Source: an uncultured Spirochaetota bacterium
GTDB lineage: Bacteria > Spirochaetota > Brevinematia > Brevinematales > JAOACQ01
Direction of reading: 5' to 3'
Assembly: GCA_963835575.1 (NCBI GenBank)
Contig: CAWIGG010000006.1
Location: 128,001 to 192,000 of the forward strand
Length of the DNA stretch: 64,000 nt
Shown: positions 48,631 through 57,792 of the stretch, piece after piece
How positions within the stretch are numbered: position 1 is the stretch's first letter
Layout of the letters: every line of letters begins with the position of its first letter
The notes under the pieces: model-generated
What the model was told of the DNA's origin: nothing
Databases searched by the model: none
Seen by the model: only the letters and a program-made list of their open reading frames with translations
Translations under genes and position numbers: made by a program

Positions 48631-48738
48631 AACAGGAATAAACACCCTGGTTCATAATTTATTTTTTCCGAAAACATGATAATTGGGCTGAATGTGATTA
48701 TATTATTATATTAATAAAAGAAGCGGAACGGCGATTTT

Positions 48739-49023
48739 ATGGAAATTGAAGTTATCCATGACCCTGATAAGAAAGAGTTTTATTTCATTGTTGATAAGAT
48801 GAAAGGGTATCTTTTATATGAGGAAATCCGTCCGGGTCTTGTGGAATTATATCATACTTATGTGCCGCCCGCTCTCAGGAACCAGGGCGCGGCGGAGGAA
48901 ATGGTCCTGAAGGCGGTGGAATATGCCAGGAAAAATTATAAGGCAATTATACCGACCTGTTCTTATGCCATTGATTTTTTTGAAAAACATCCAGAATATA
49001 AAGATATACTGAAAAAACAATAA
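48739..49023 (+). CDS. Small GNAT-family (YjdJ-like) protein
   Basis: HTYVPPALRNQG, IIPTCSYA. Confidence 0.88.
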   Translation: MEIEVIHDPDKKEFYFIVDKMKGYLLYEEIRPGLVELYHTYVPPALRNQGAAEEMVLKAVEYARKNYKAIIPTCSYAIDFFEKHPEYKDILKKQ

Positions 49024-49047
49024 TCATAGAGTAAAAAGGAGCGTTTT

Positions 49048-50013
49048 GTGTTGAAGGTTGGGGTCGCGGGCACTGGACATATGGGAAGATATCATATCAA
49101 TATACTTCCCACATTACCGGATATTGAGTTTGCATCCATCTGCGATGTTGATGAAGTGATGGTTAAAAAGATTTCCGGGGATTATGATGTGAAAGGATTT
49201 ACAGACTATACGAAATTTCTTTCTTCCGTTGACGCTGTTATTATCGCTGTGCCGACATTCCTGCATTACAGGTTCGCCAGCGCGGCGCTGGAAGCCGGCA
49301 AGCATGTGCTTCTTGAAAAACCGATGACCAAAACGGTCTATTTTGCAGAAAAGCTCGTCGGCCTGGCTGAACAGAAAAACCTTGTCCTCGAAGTGGGGCA
49401 TGTCGAGCGTTTTAACGCCGCCGTGCAGGAGCTTCAGCATATTGTTAAAAAGCCTCATCTGATCCAGGTGCAGAGGCTCGGCCCGAAAAGCCGCATCACG
49501 GATGTCGGCGTTGTTCTGGACCTGATGATCCATGATATCGATATAGTCCTCTCCATAGCGAAGTCAAAACCGGTCAGCATCGCCGCTTACGGCCATAAGA
49601 TTTACTCCGGTTTTGAGGATGTCGCCAATGCTTCGATCTATTTTGAAAACGGCGTCATAGCGAATATCACGGCAAGCCGGGTCTCGACAAATAAAGTCAG
49701 GACCCTCGCCATATCCCAGGAAGGGGCTTATGTGTTTCTGGACTACGCGACGCAGGATATAATGATCATCCGCCAGCCGCTGACGGAATACCTGGTGCTT
49801 AAAGAAGAGATCAAATATACCCAGGAAAGCCTGGTGGAGCATGTTTTCGTCCATAAGGACAACGCGCTGAAGCTCGAGCAGATCCATTTTATAGACCGCA
49901 TCAAAAACGGCAAAAAGCCCGTCCGGAACGGGGAAGCGGACATAGCCACTTTAAAAATCGCCAAGGAAATCACGAATAAGATTTACGCCAGCTGGAAATT
50001 AAACCGGGATTAA
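49048..50013 (+). CDS. Gfo/Idh/MocA oxidoreductase (possibly a GnnA-like sugar-nucleotide dehydrogenase)
   Basis: GTGHMG, HVLLEKP, GHVERFN, DLMIHDID, TASRVS. Confidence 0.88.
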   Translation: MLKVGVAGTGHMGRYHINILPTLPDIEFASICDVDEVMVKKISGDYDVKGFTDYTKFLSSVDAVIIAVPTFLHYRFASAALEAGKHVLLEKPMTKTVYFAEKLVGLAEQKNLVLEVGHVERFNAAVQELQHIVKKPHLIQVQRLGPKSRITDVGVVLDLMIHDIDIVLSIAKSKPVSIAAYGHKIYSGFEDVANASIYFENGVIANITASRVSTNKVRTLAISQEGAYVFLDYATQDIMIIRQPLTEYLVLKEEIKYTQESLVEHVFVHKDNALKLEQIHFIDRIKNGKKPVRNGEADIATLKIAKEITNKIYASWKLNRD

Positions 50014-50016
50014 GGA

Positions 50017-50965
50017 ATGGAAAACCGAATATCCGTTATCATTCCCGCCTATAACGGGGAAAAATTTCTTGCCGCCCTTCTTGAAAAATTAAAAAAGCAG
50101 AGCATTAAAATTCCTGAAATAATAGTCGCGGATTCTTCATCGGCGGACAGGACCCTTCAGATCGCCGAAAAACACGGCGCGAAAATCATTCATGTCAAAA
50201 AAAAGGACTTTGATCATGGGGGGACGCGGACGCTCGCGGGAAAAGCGGCCCGCGGGGATATTCTTGTCTATCTGACGCAGGACGCCCTTCCTGTTGATAA
50301 CCGCTCGATTGAGAATATTGTACGCCCTTTTCTTTTAAATAAAAAGATCGGCGCCGTGTACGGCAGGCAGATGCCCTGTCAGGAAGCCACGCCGTTCGCG
50401 GAGCATTCCCGCCATTTTATATACAAGGATGGATCATTTACCCGTTCACTGGAAGATAGAAAAAAATACAAAATAAAAACCGCTTTTCTTTCAAACGCTT
50501 TTTCCGCGTACCGGCGCTCCGCGATGGAAGAGATCGGCTATTTTAAAAAAAATCTCATTTCCACCGAAGACACTTATGCCGGCGCGAAGCTTCTTCTGGC
50601 CGGATACGAATTGTTTTATGCCGCGGACGCCGCTGTTTATCATTTCGCATAATTATACGGCCTTTCAGGAGTTTAAAAGGTATTTTGATATAGGGGCTTT
50701 TCATAAGATTGAGGACTGGATCATAAAGGAATTCGGCAAGGCGGACGATGAAGGCTTCCGATTTTTAATGTCGGAATTTAACTTCCTTTTGAAAAATAAA
50801 AAATTTCATCTTATCCCGGTTTTTTTCTACAGGAACGGGATGAAATGGCTCGGTTACAGGCTGGGCAGTCATTACCGCCTCCTTCCGTTCTGGCTGATCA
50901 GGAAGCTCAGCATGCATAACGGATGGTGGGCTAAAAATATGAGTGTCCTAAAAAATAACCGCTAA
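50017..50965 (+). CDS. GT2 glycosyltransferase, rhamnosyltransferase-like (one frameshift near 50644)
   Basis: IIPAYNG, DSSSADRT, FDHGGTR, LTQDA, YGRQ, ED; VYH|SHNY split across frames. Confidence 0.87.
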
Positions 50966-51571
50966 GGGCACCAAGAGCACTAAGAATCACCAACTGGGGA
51001 TTAACGCATCTTTCTTATTTTACAAAATATTTTAATTAAGTTCCTTTTTTATAATATCCGATTCGGCACACAGATGTACACAGATCAAAACGGATTTCAA
51101 AGGATATAGTTTTCATGGGAGCAGCCTTGAAGAATTTAACAACACCTGCGTGAATGGAGATGGTAAAAGGTAATGATGGGCTACGCCCGGAAAAACAAGA
51201 ATTATTAATGAAGAGTTCTATTATAGCATTATAAAAATTGTTTTGTGGATTCCAATATAGAATTAAACAGGATTGTCAGGGATTTAACAACCCCGCTGTA
51301 ACCAACCTTAATCCTTTGAAATCCTCACAAATCCTGCTGAATTGGGGTTAATTAATTTGCTTCAATGAAATAAAATAGGAATGCCGATTTGAAATACTAT
51401 GTTTACCGGACATAACCCATACCCTATTCGAGTTCCTTTACATGGATTAGCGGATTGTCCTGTCCATTTCCAGATATTAAATCCATCTGTGAAATCAGTG
51501 AAATCTGTGGTTCCACTCCGTTCCTCGTTCCCCGTTCGTGGCCCTTTGTGTCCTTGGTGCTCTTGGTGTTT
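50957..51571. repeat. Nested element made of three inverted pairs of 9-10-bp periodic arms
   Basis: Outer CACYAAG arms 50957-50994 / 51534-51571; middle CACAGAT arms 51067-51105 / 51485-51512; inner AGGATT arms 51266-51285 / 51310-51337. Confidence 0.75.
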
Positions 51572-51610
51572 AAAAGAAAAGAGCGGCTCATCAAAAGCCG
51601 CTCTCTTTTC
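51572..51610 (-). terminator. Rho-independent terminator after fliY
   Basis: Minus strand AGAGCGGCT-TTTGATG-AGCCGCTCT followed by TTTCTTTT. Confidence 0.75.
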
Positions 51611-51624
51611 TCTATTAAATTCTT

Positions 51625-52704
51625 TTAGAATTTCGATTCGTTGGAGCTTTCGAATATCCTTTCCATCGGGGTGACGATCTTGGTCACGCGGACGGCAAAG
51701 TTTTCGTCAATGACCACGACTTCACCCTGGGCTATCAGCTTGTCGTTCACAAGGATATCCACCGGCTCGCCTGCCAGTTTATCAAGCTCGATGATGGAAC
51801 CCTCGCCCAGGCCCAGTATTTCCTTGATGGTCATTTTTGTACGCCCGAGCTCAACAGTGACGCGCATCGGAACATCAAGCAGAAGGGCGATATTGCCCAT
51901 GGCTTCTGAAGCCACGCCGACCTGCAGGGGCTCAAAGCCGACTGTCCTGATCGGTATGCCTGTCTGAGGCTGCTGTACTCCGCCGCCGAACTGTGTCGCC
52001 ATGCTTGCCTTGGTTACGGAATAAGCGCCGGCTATGCTTCTGGCCATCGGCAGCGCGAGGAATACGTAAAACTTGGAGTTTCCTTTATTCTGAAGGCTGA
52101 ATACATAATTCAGCCGGACAAAATACTGGCCGCCTGACGGCGTAATTCCGGAAGCGTCCTGAAGCAGTTCAAGGTTCGGGGCCCCGGGAGTTATCGACTT
52201 GCTCAGTCTTTCAGACAGAATATTGACCAGAGCTCCTGTTGTCTGTGAAATAACTTCGCCGAAAGTGTTTTTTACAAGGTCTGTTATTTCATTATTATCT
52301 TCCTGGCCGATGAGTATATTGGTAATCGTCAGCACGCTTTTTTCCGGGACGACATAAACCAGTTCGCCCGTTACGCCGCCGGTCAGGCTGACTTTGGCCT
52401 GTATCAATCTGCCTTTTATGTCCTTCTTTAAATTATCCAGCTGTCCCGCGTCGATAAACGGCGATGAAAAAGCCGCGTTGATCCCGGTCAATGTTGAAAT
52501 GGCCGTGGCCTGGGCCTGGCCGATTTCCCTCAAAAGCTCGCCCAGATTCGCCTTGTCATTATCGGAAAGAGCATCCGCGGCAACCGATTTCCCGCCTGCA
52601 AAACCTCCCCCGCCGGGAGTGTTGCCCAGATTCTCCGTCATCATTTCATCCGTGCCCTGCAATAATGCATCTATTTCATCTTGGGAAAGAGTGCCGTCAC
52701 TCAT
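51625..52704 (-). CDS. fliY: Flagellar motor switch protein FliY (CheC-like middle domain + FliN C-domain)
   Basis: MSDGTLSQDEIDALL; LLLDVPMRVTVELGRT...ELDKLAGEPVDILVN...GEVVVIDENF. Confidence 0.9.
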   Translation of the reverse strand: MSDGTLSQDEIDALLQGTDEMMTENLGNTPGGGGFAGGKSVAADALSDNDKANLGELLREIGQAQATAISTLTGINAAFSSPFIDAGQLDNLKKDIKGRLIQAKVSLTGGVTGELVYVVPEKSVLTITNILIGQEDNNEITDLVKNTFGEVISQTTGALVNILSERLSKSITPGAPNLELLQDASGITPSGGQYFVRLNYVFSLQNKGNSKFYVFLALPMARSIAGAYSVTKASMATQFGGGVQQPQTGIPIRTVGFEPLQVGVASEAMGNIALLLDVPMRVTVELGRTKMTIKEILGLGEGSIIELDKLAGEPVDILVNDKLIAQGEVVVIDENFAVRVTKIVTPMERIFESSNESKF

Positions 52705-52737
52705 ATGCTTCCTCCTTTACGAGAATAACCATTTTAA

Positions 52738-52764
52738 ATATCGGTAAATTCTAATTTATTTTTA
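52738..52764 (-). promoter_or_regulatory. Sigma28-like promoter upstream of fliY
   Basis: TAAA-N15-ACCGATAT. Confidence 0.6.
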
Positions 52765-52832
52765 TAAATACAAGTGTTTTTTTTATTCCAAAAACCCTGG
52801 TTTTCGGAATTGTTAATGTTGTTCTGATTTTT

Positions 52833-52893
52833 GCTGTCCCTCACCATTTTGTAAGACAGTATCGGTGAAGCTCACAAAATGGTGAGGGATAGC
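52833..52893. repeat. 61-bp inverted-repeat element between fliM and fliY
   Basis: GCTGTCCCTCACCATTTTGT / ACAAAATGGTGAGGGATAGC (19/20). Confidence 0.7.
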
Positions 52894-52918
52894 GCCATTT
52901 CACTTAACCAAAAAGTCT

Positions 52919-53970
52919 TTAATCTTCTTCCCTCATCAGGATGTCCTGCAGCATATCCTCGGTAATTGTCGTGAGGACTTCCCTGACCTGGACAGCCCTT
53001 TTCTTGCTGACAACACCGGGTTTGCCCTTGAATTTTACACTATCGCCGATAAGGACTTCCACATCCATCTTCGTCGAATCTTTCAGCCGTATAACATCGC
53101 CGGTATGTATGGCGGCGATCTCATTGAAATTCAATACCGTTTCGCTGAGCTTCACGATCACCTCAACCTGTACATCGGAAATCTGGTCCTTGATCAGGGA
53201 AAGATTTTCCGTTGTGATGCCTTTTCTGATGCTGGAATACCAGTATTGGGCCGACAGCTTGGAAATAATCGGTTCTATGGTGATGTAAGGGATACAAAAA
53301 TTCATCATACCTTCGACATCGCCGATCTTCGTGTCGAAAGTTGTCAGCACGACCATGCTGTTGGGCGGTACAATCCCGGCAAACTGCGGGTTGGTTTCGA
53401 TATTTCCCAGCCTGGGGCGCAGGTCAATCACATTGGCCCAGGATTCCCTGAGATTACCGAGAAGCCTGACGATAATTCCTTCTATAACTGAAAGTTCTAT
53501 ATCGGTCAATTCGCGGTTGGTTTTGAGGGATTCCCCCTTCCTCCGAACAGCCGGTCAATGATGGCAAAGGTAATACTGGGGTCCAGTTCCGCCACAGAGC
53601 TGCCCTTTAAAGGGTCCATGTTGATGATTCCCAGCGTTGTGGGCGAAGGAATGGAGCGGGTAAATTCCTCATACGTCAACTGGTCAACGGAAACGACATG
53701 CACATGCACGAGCGTCCGGAGCTGGGCTGAAAGCGAAGTTGTCGTCAAACGGGCAAAGGTTTCATGCATCATCTGCAGAGTTCGGATCTGGTCTTTTGAG
53801 AATTTGTCCGGACGGCGGAAATCATAGACTTTAAGCCTTTTCTTTTCCCTCTTTGGCCCGGACTGCGTAGTTCTTGCCGTGCCGTGCGAAGGCTCCGAGG
53901 GAATGCTCTCGCCGCTTGATACTGCTGTTAATAATGCATCTATTTCATCCTGGGACAGGATTTCTGTCAT
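52919..53970 (-). CDS. fliM: Flagellar motor switch protein FliM (one frameshift near 53535)
   Basis: ILSQDEIDALL, YDFRRPDKFSKDQIRTL, DQLTYEEF, DRLFGG | RELTDIE, IETNPQF, MMNFCIPY. Confidence 0.93.
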
Positions 53971-53983
53971 ACAGAAATTCTCC

Positions 53984-54523
53984 TTATGAAATTACAAATT
54001 CGTCATAATAAATATCGCTGATCTCTCCGCTGGTTAAAACATTATTGATATTCTTTTTTATCTCATCCTTGAGCCTTTCCTTTTCGGACTGAGTGTCGAT
54101 GTCCTGTTTTTCCTTTGAGTTTAAAATCTGAAGAACAATATCCCTGATCTGCTGGGTCCTTTCGACTAATTCCGTGGCCAGCTTTTTATTCTGTCCGTCA
54201 TAACCGAGGCTGAGCTTAACGCGCATAAAATGAGGCTCGTCCACGTCCGCAGTATTGACCCTGAAATCGTCCAGCGGAAATATCATAAGAGGGGCCGGCT
54301 TGGGGGCCAGCTGGACTGTTTTGTATATTTCCTCGCTTTTCTTGGATTGAGTTGTCCTGATCAATACATAGGCAATGATCGTGGATATAACAACGGCTAT
54401 AATCACGGGAATAAGATTCGACAGAAGCCATTCTATTAATTTGCCGATAGAGAAACCCGCTTTGGGCTGCTGCTCTTGCGGTTGCTCCTCTGTTTCAACC
54501 TGGACTTCTTCTGGTTCACCCAT
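53984..54523 (-). CDS. fliL: Flagellar basal body-associated protein FliL
   Basis: Single TM helix, FRVNTAD, ELVERTQQIRDIV, INNVL; directly upstream of fliM. Confidence 0.88.
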   Translation of the reverse strand: MGEPEEVQVETEEQPQEQQPKAGFSIGKLIEWLLSNLIPVIIAVVISTIIAYVLIRTTQSKKSEEIYKTVQLAPKPAPLMIFPLDDFRVNTADVDEPHFMRVKLSLGYDGQNKKLATELVERTQQIRDIVLQILNSKEKQDIDTQSEKERLKDEIKKNINNVLTSGEISDIYYDEFVIS

Positions 54524-54591
54524 ATGCGGCTCCTTACTTAATATTTTTACGGGCTTTTGAATAGTCTCATATAATTCTGCCCTTGGTATAA

Positions 54592-54618
54592 ATATCGGAA
54601 TTGTAATATTCTACTTGA
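54592..54618 (-). promoter_or_regulatory. Sigma28-like promoter upstream of fliL
   Basis: TCAA-N15-TCCGATAT. Confidence 0.55.
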
Positions 54619-54741
54619 TTTATTTATTCAATTTTTTATAATTTTAATCATAAACATGCAAAAAAGCAATAATAATTTCCCTAAATTTATAGGATTCCTT
54701 GTTATTAAAAACATATTTATCCATGTTCAATTCTTTTTATT

Positions 54742-55197
54742 AAACACCAAGACACTAAGGGCACCAAGATTCACGAACGGAATTAACTGGAAGGCGGGAA
54801 AAATGGTTGGGGAATTTTGTCATTATTTATTAATATACTCTTTTAATAAATTTATTATACGTTTTTAATTTGATTTTCAAACTTAAAAATCACAAATTCA
54901 ATTCAATTTTATCTTTTAGTCTATTATACTGCGCCATTTCACTCATCTGCAAATTTTAATATTGAAAATATAATTCTGAAAAACCTGTAAATCCAGTTTA
55001 ATTGGGGTCTATACATTAGTCTTTTTAAAAAACAATAAATTATCTTTTCCTAAATCCTCTGTTCGCCCAAGAGTAGCCCAAACTTAACTTCGTTCCTTCT
55101 TCGTGCCTTCACGCCTTTATGTTAATTCCCTCATTCGCGTGTATTCGCGGGCAACCTCGTTGGTGGTTCTTAGTGTCCTTTGTATCTTGGTGGTGAA
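54742..55197. repeat. Second nested periodic-arm element
   Basis: Outer CACYAAG arms 54742-54779 / 55159-55197; internal arm remnants CTTCGTGCCTTCACG and ATTCGCGTGTATTCGCG. Confidence 0.7.
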
Positions 55198-55207
55198 CTC
55201 AAAAGAA

Positions 55208-56221
55208 TTAAAGAATAATCACTTCCTTTTCCGGCACGATCCCATGCTTTTCATGGATTTTTTCTGACAAAGTTTCGATCAGGTAAATAATATCGGCAGC
55301 TTTGGCCTTTCTATAATTAATGATCATATTCCCATGATAAGGCGAGACCATGGCGCCGCCGTGTGAAAGTCCTTTAAGGCCCAGCTCTTCTATAATCTTA
55401 CCCGTCGGCGCTCCCAGGGCGCGGTTATTTTTAAACACCGATCCGCAGGAAGGATATTCAAAATGTTTTTTGCCGTTTCTGTCCCTTTCAATTTCATCAA
55501 AAGACTTTGAATCGAGTTTGGCCGGGACGCGGCGGGATTCTTTATGAAAAAAAGAATAGAACTGTTTCAGCGATGAGAGGGAGCCGGCGGCCTTTTTAAT
55601 TTTATTAAAAGCCGTTTGAATATCATTGAATGTTTTTCCGCTTATTTCCGGGGCCTCAATTTCAGCTCCCAGGATGGCCCAGTTTTTCTCCTGAAAGACG
55701 GATTTTTTATAATCAAAACAGCAGGCCTCAGGGGAAATCGTCCGGATGGAATGAGAGCTTTCATTCAGATCGGTATAATAGACCTGCGCTGCTATTTGCG
55801 AAATCTCTTTTTCATAGCAACGCGCGTTCATATAAATACCGGCCCCGACAGTGCCGGGCAGGAGGTGGGTAAAACCGAGGCCTTCCCTCCTTAAATAGGC
55901 GCCGCATAGCGCAAGAAAAGAAAGGGGAACACCGGATGAAAAAAACAGCCTGCCGTTTTTATACCCCATTTCAAGGAGGTTTTTTAAAGAAATAAACAGA
56001 AATCCCTTTTGAGGTCTGTCCGGGAAGAGAATATTCGCCCCGAGCCCGAAGAGAAAATAGGGGAGGGAATTTTTACGGGCATAATCAAACAAAAAAAAGA
56101 GATCATCAATGGAGGACGGCGCGGCGAAATAATCCGCTTCTCCGCCGATGGCATATGAGGAATGACCGGCGAGCAGGACTTTCCGGCGTGTTAATTTTTC
56201 AAATGAATTATTTGTCTTCAC
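55208..56221 (-). CDS. murB: UDP-N-acetylmuramate dehydrogenase
   Basis: IGGEAD, GLGANIL, LPGTVGAGIYMNA, YPSCGSVFKN, HGNMIIN, EKEV. Confidence 0.92.
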   Translation of the reverse strand: MKTNNSFEKLTRRKVLLAGHSSYAIGGEADYFAAPSSIDDLFFLFDYARKNSLPYFLFGLGANILFPDRPQKGFLFISLKNLLEMGYKNGRLFFSSGVPLSFLALCGAYLRREGLGFTHLLPGTVGAGIYMNARCYEKEISQIAAQVYYTDLNESSHSIRTISPEACCFDYKKSVFQEKNWAILGAEIEAPEISGKTFNDIQTAFNKIKKAAGSLSSLKQFYSFFHKESRRVPAKLDSKSFDEIERDRNGKKHFEYPSCGSVFKNNRALGAPTGKIIEELGLKGLSHGGAMVSPYHGNMIINYRKAKAADIIYLIETLSEKIHEKHGIVPEKEVIIL

Positions 56222-56303
56222 GAATAACCCCGCTGTTCAATCATAGCATAAATTTAGCGCCCTGTCCATAACTGATGCCGCCGGCTTACTCACCCCGCTA
56301 TAT

Positions 56304-56332
56304 TTGACTCCCATAGTGGCTGAAGTTATAAT
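56304..56332 (+). promoter_or_regulatory. Sigma70-like promoter
   Basis: TTGACT-N17-TATAAT. Confidence 0.65.
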
Positions 56333-56362
56333 TTAACTCATTAATTAAAAAAGGGGCGCGCC

Positions 56363-57442
56363 ATGAGACTGGGAACATTTAATTTCAATAATCTCTTCGA
56401 AAGGGCGAAGGTTTTTCAGCTCGAGAATTTCTCTTCCAGGGCTTCTGCCATCCTGAATGACGCCAATCAGCTCAGTCAGCTTCTGGAAAAAGATGTCTAT
56501 GAAGGGAATGACAAAAATAAGATAGAAAGCCTGCTCGCCAAATATCTTCTGGATAAAAAGAACAAGGGCTGGTTCAGCATCAATGTTGTCAAAGGCAAGC
56601 TTTATACGGTAAAACGCGATAAAAGCGGCGTCACCCTTGCCGCCAGGGGGCGGAATGACTGGCTGGGCTGGGTTGAGCTGGAAAAAGAGCCGGTCGAGGA
56701 AATTTCCATCGAGAATACGGGCAAAGTCGTTCAGGCTGTCAATGCCGATATCCTCTGCTCAGTCGAAGTGGAATCAAGGCCGACGCTCTGCCGGTTTAAC
56801 GACATGATCCTGAAAAAATTATCAATGCCCTATGCTCATGTGATGGTAATAGACGGGAACAACAGCCGCGGCATCGATGTCGGGATACTTTCAAAACATG
56901 AAATTATTTCCATGATAAGCCATGTGGATGACAGGGACGAAAAAGGGAATAAGATATTCAGCAGGGACTGCGCCGAGTATGAGATTGCCCTGCCGGGCGG
57001 TAAAAAGATCCGGCTTCTCTTTAATCATTTAAAAAGCCAGGGGTACGGCACTCAGGAGGCGAATGATGCGAAGAGGGCAGAACAGGCCGCCAGGGTTGCC
57101 GGAATCCTCAGTAAATATGATTTAAAGAATGAAAACATCGCTGTCGCCGGCGATTTTAACGATACGCCGGACAGTCCGGCTTTAAAGGGCCTGCTCTCAT
57201 ATCCCCATTTGAGGGATGTCTTGAATTCACCGAAATACAGTGGGGAAAAATGGACATACATGGAAGGGAAAGCACAGATCGATTACATCCTTTTATCCGA
57301 TCCTCTTTTTGAAAAGATCCAGGCCGCCGGTATAGAGCGCCGCGGCATCTTTAAGAAAGGCAATACCTCTTTCCCGACTGTGAAGGACGCCGTCAGCCAG
57401 GCTTCAGACCACGCGGCCGTCTGGGTTGACATTCAAATATAA
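56363..57442 (+). CDS. Endonuclease/exonuclease/phosphatase family protein
   Basis: GTFNFNNLF, EVE, RGIDV, FSRDC, NHLKS, GDFND, IDYIL, SDH. Confidence 0.9.
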   Translation: MRLGTFNFNNLFERAKVFQLENFSSRASAILNDANQLSQLLEKDVYEGNDKNKIESLLAKYLLDKKNKGWFSINVVKGKLYTVKRDKSGVTLAARGRNDWLGWVELEKEPVEEISIENTGKVVQAVNADILCSVEVESRPTLCRFNDMILKKLSMPYAHVMVIDGNNSRGIDVGILSKHEIISMISHVDDRDEKGNKIFSRDCAEYEIALPGGKKIRLLFNHLKSQGYGTQEANDAKRAEQAARVAGILSKYDLKNENIAVAGDFNDTPDSPALKGLLSYPHLRDVLNSPKYSGEKWTYMEGKAQIDYILLSDPLFEKIQAAGIERRGIFKKGNTSFPTVKDAVSQASDHAAVWVDIQI

Positions 57443-57510
57443 CATGTTTATATTATTTGTGGTTTTATAATTACTTTTCGGACAACGATCGATAGTGATG
57501 CGGTCAAAAT

Positions 57511-57631
57511 TTCACCACGAAGATCGCGAAGAGCACGAAGAAAATAAATAGGTGGGTTTAATTTTGTTATTGATAGTTCATTTTTTAATTTTAATAATTT
57601 AACCTTAAATAAACTTCGTGTTCTTCGTGAA
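57511..57631. repeat. Small periodic-arm element (CACGAAG type)
   Basis: CACGAAGATCGCGAAGAGCACGAAG (9-bp period) ... CTTCGTGTTCTTCGTGAA around an AT-rich core. Confidence 0.7.
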
Positions 57632-57645
57632 CAGAGTTTATCCTG

Positions 57646-57699
57646 ACCCCTCTCCACTTTGCCGGGCTCATTAAAGAAACTGGCAAAGTGGAGAGGGGT
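57646..57699. repeat. REP-like hairpin related to 2021-2089
   Basis: Perfect 18-bp arms ACCCCTCTCCACTTTGCC / GGCAAAGTGGAGAGGGGT. Confidence 0.72.
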
Positions 57700-57792
57700 G
57701 AATGGGTGGTTAATAAAATATTTACACACGGTATGTAAGTGTGTTGAATTGTTAGATTAGTAAAAGACCTTAAAAAACAGGAGCCGTTTAAA

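Noticed and set aside
50957..51571. Possible CRISPR array, or coding region (ORF 51399-51674)
   Set aside because: The units are 9-10 bp and arranged as inverted arms with no unique spacers or cas genes. The ORF merely spans repeat arms and a terminator.
53506..53545. Programmed frameshift or phase variation in fliM
   Set aside because: The run is only 5 G, and four similar indels occur in unrelated genes, which favours sequencing error.
57720..57790. Zur/Fur box upstream of the metal ABC operon
   Set aside because: Only a short ACACAC-like/GTGTGT inverted repeat is present, with no convincing consensus match.
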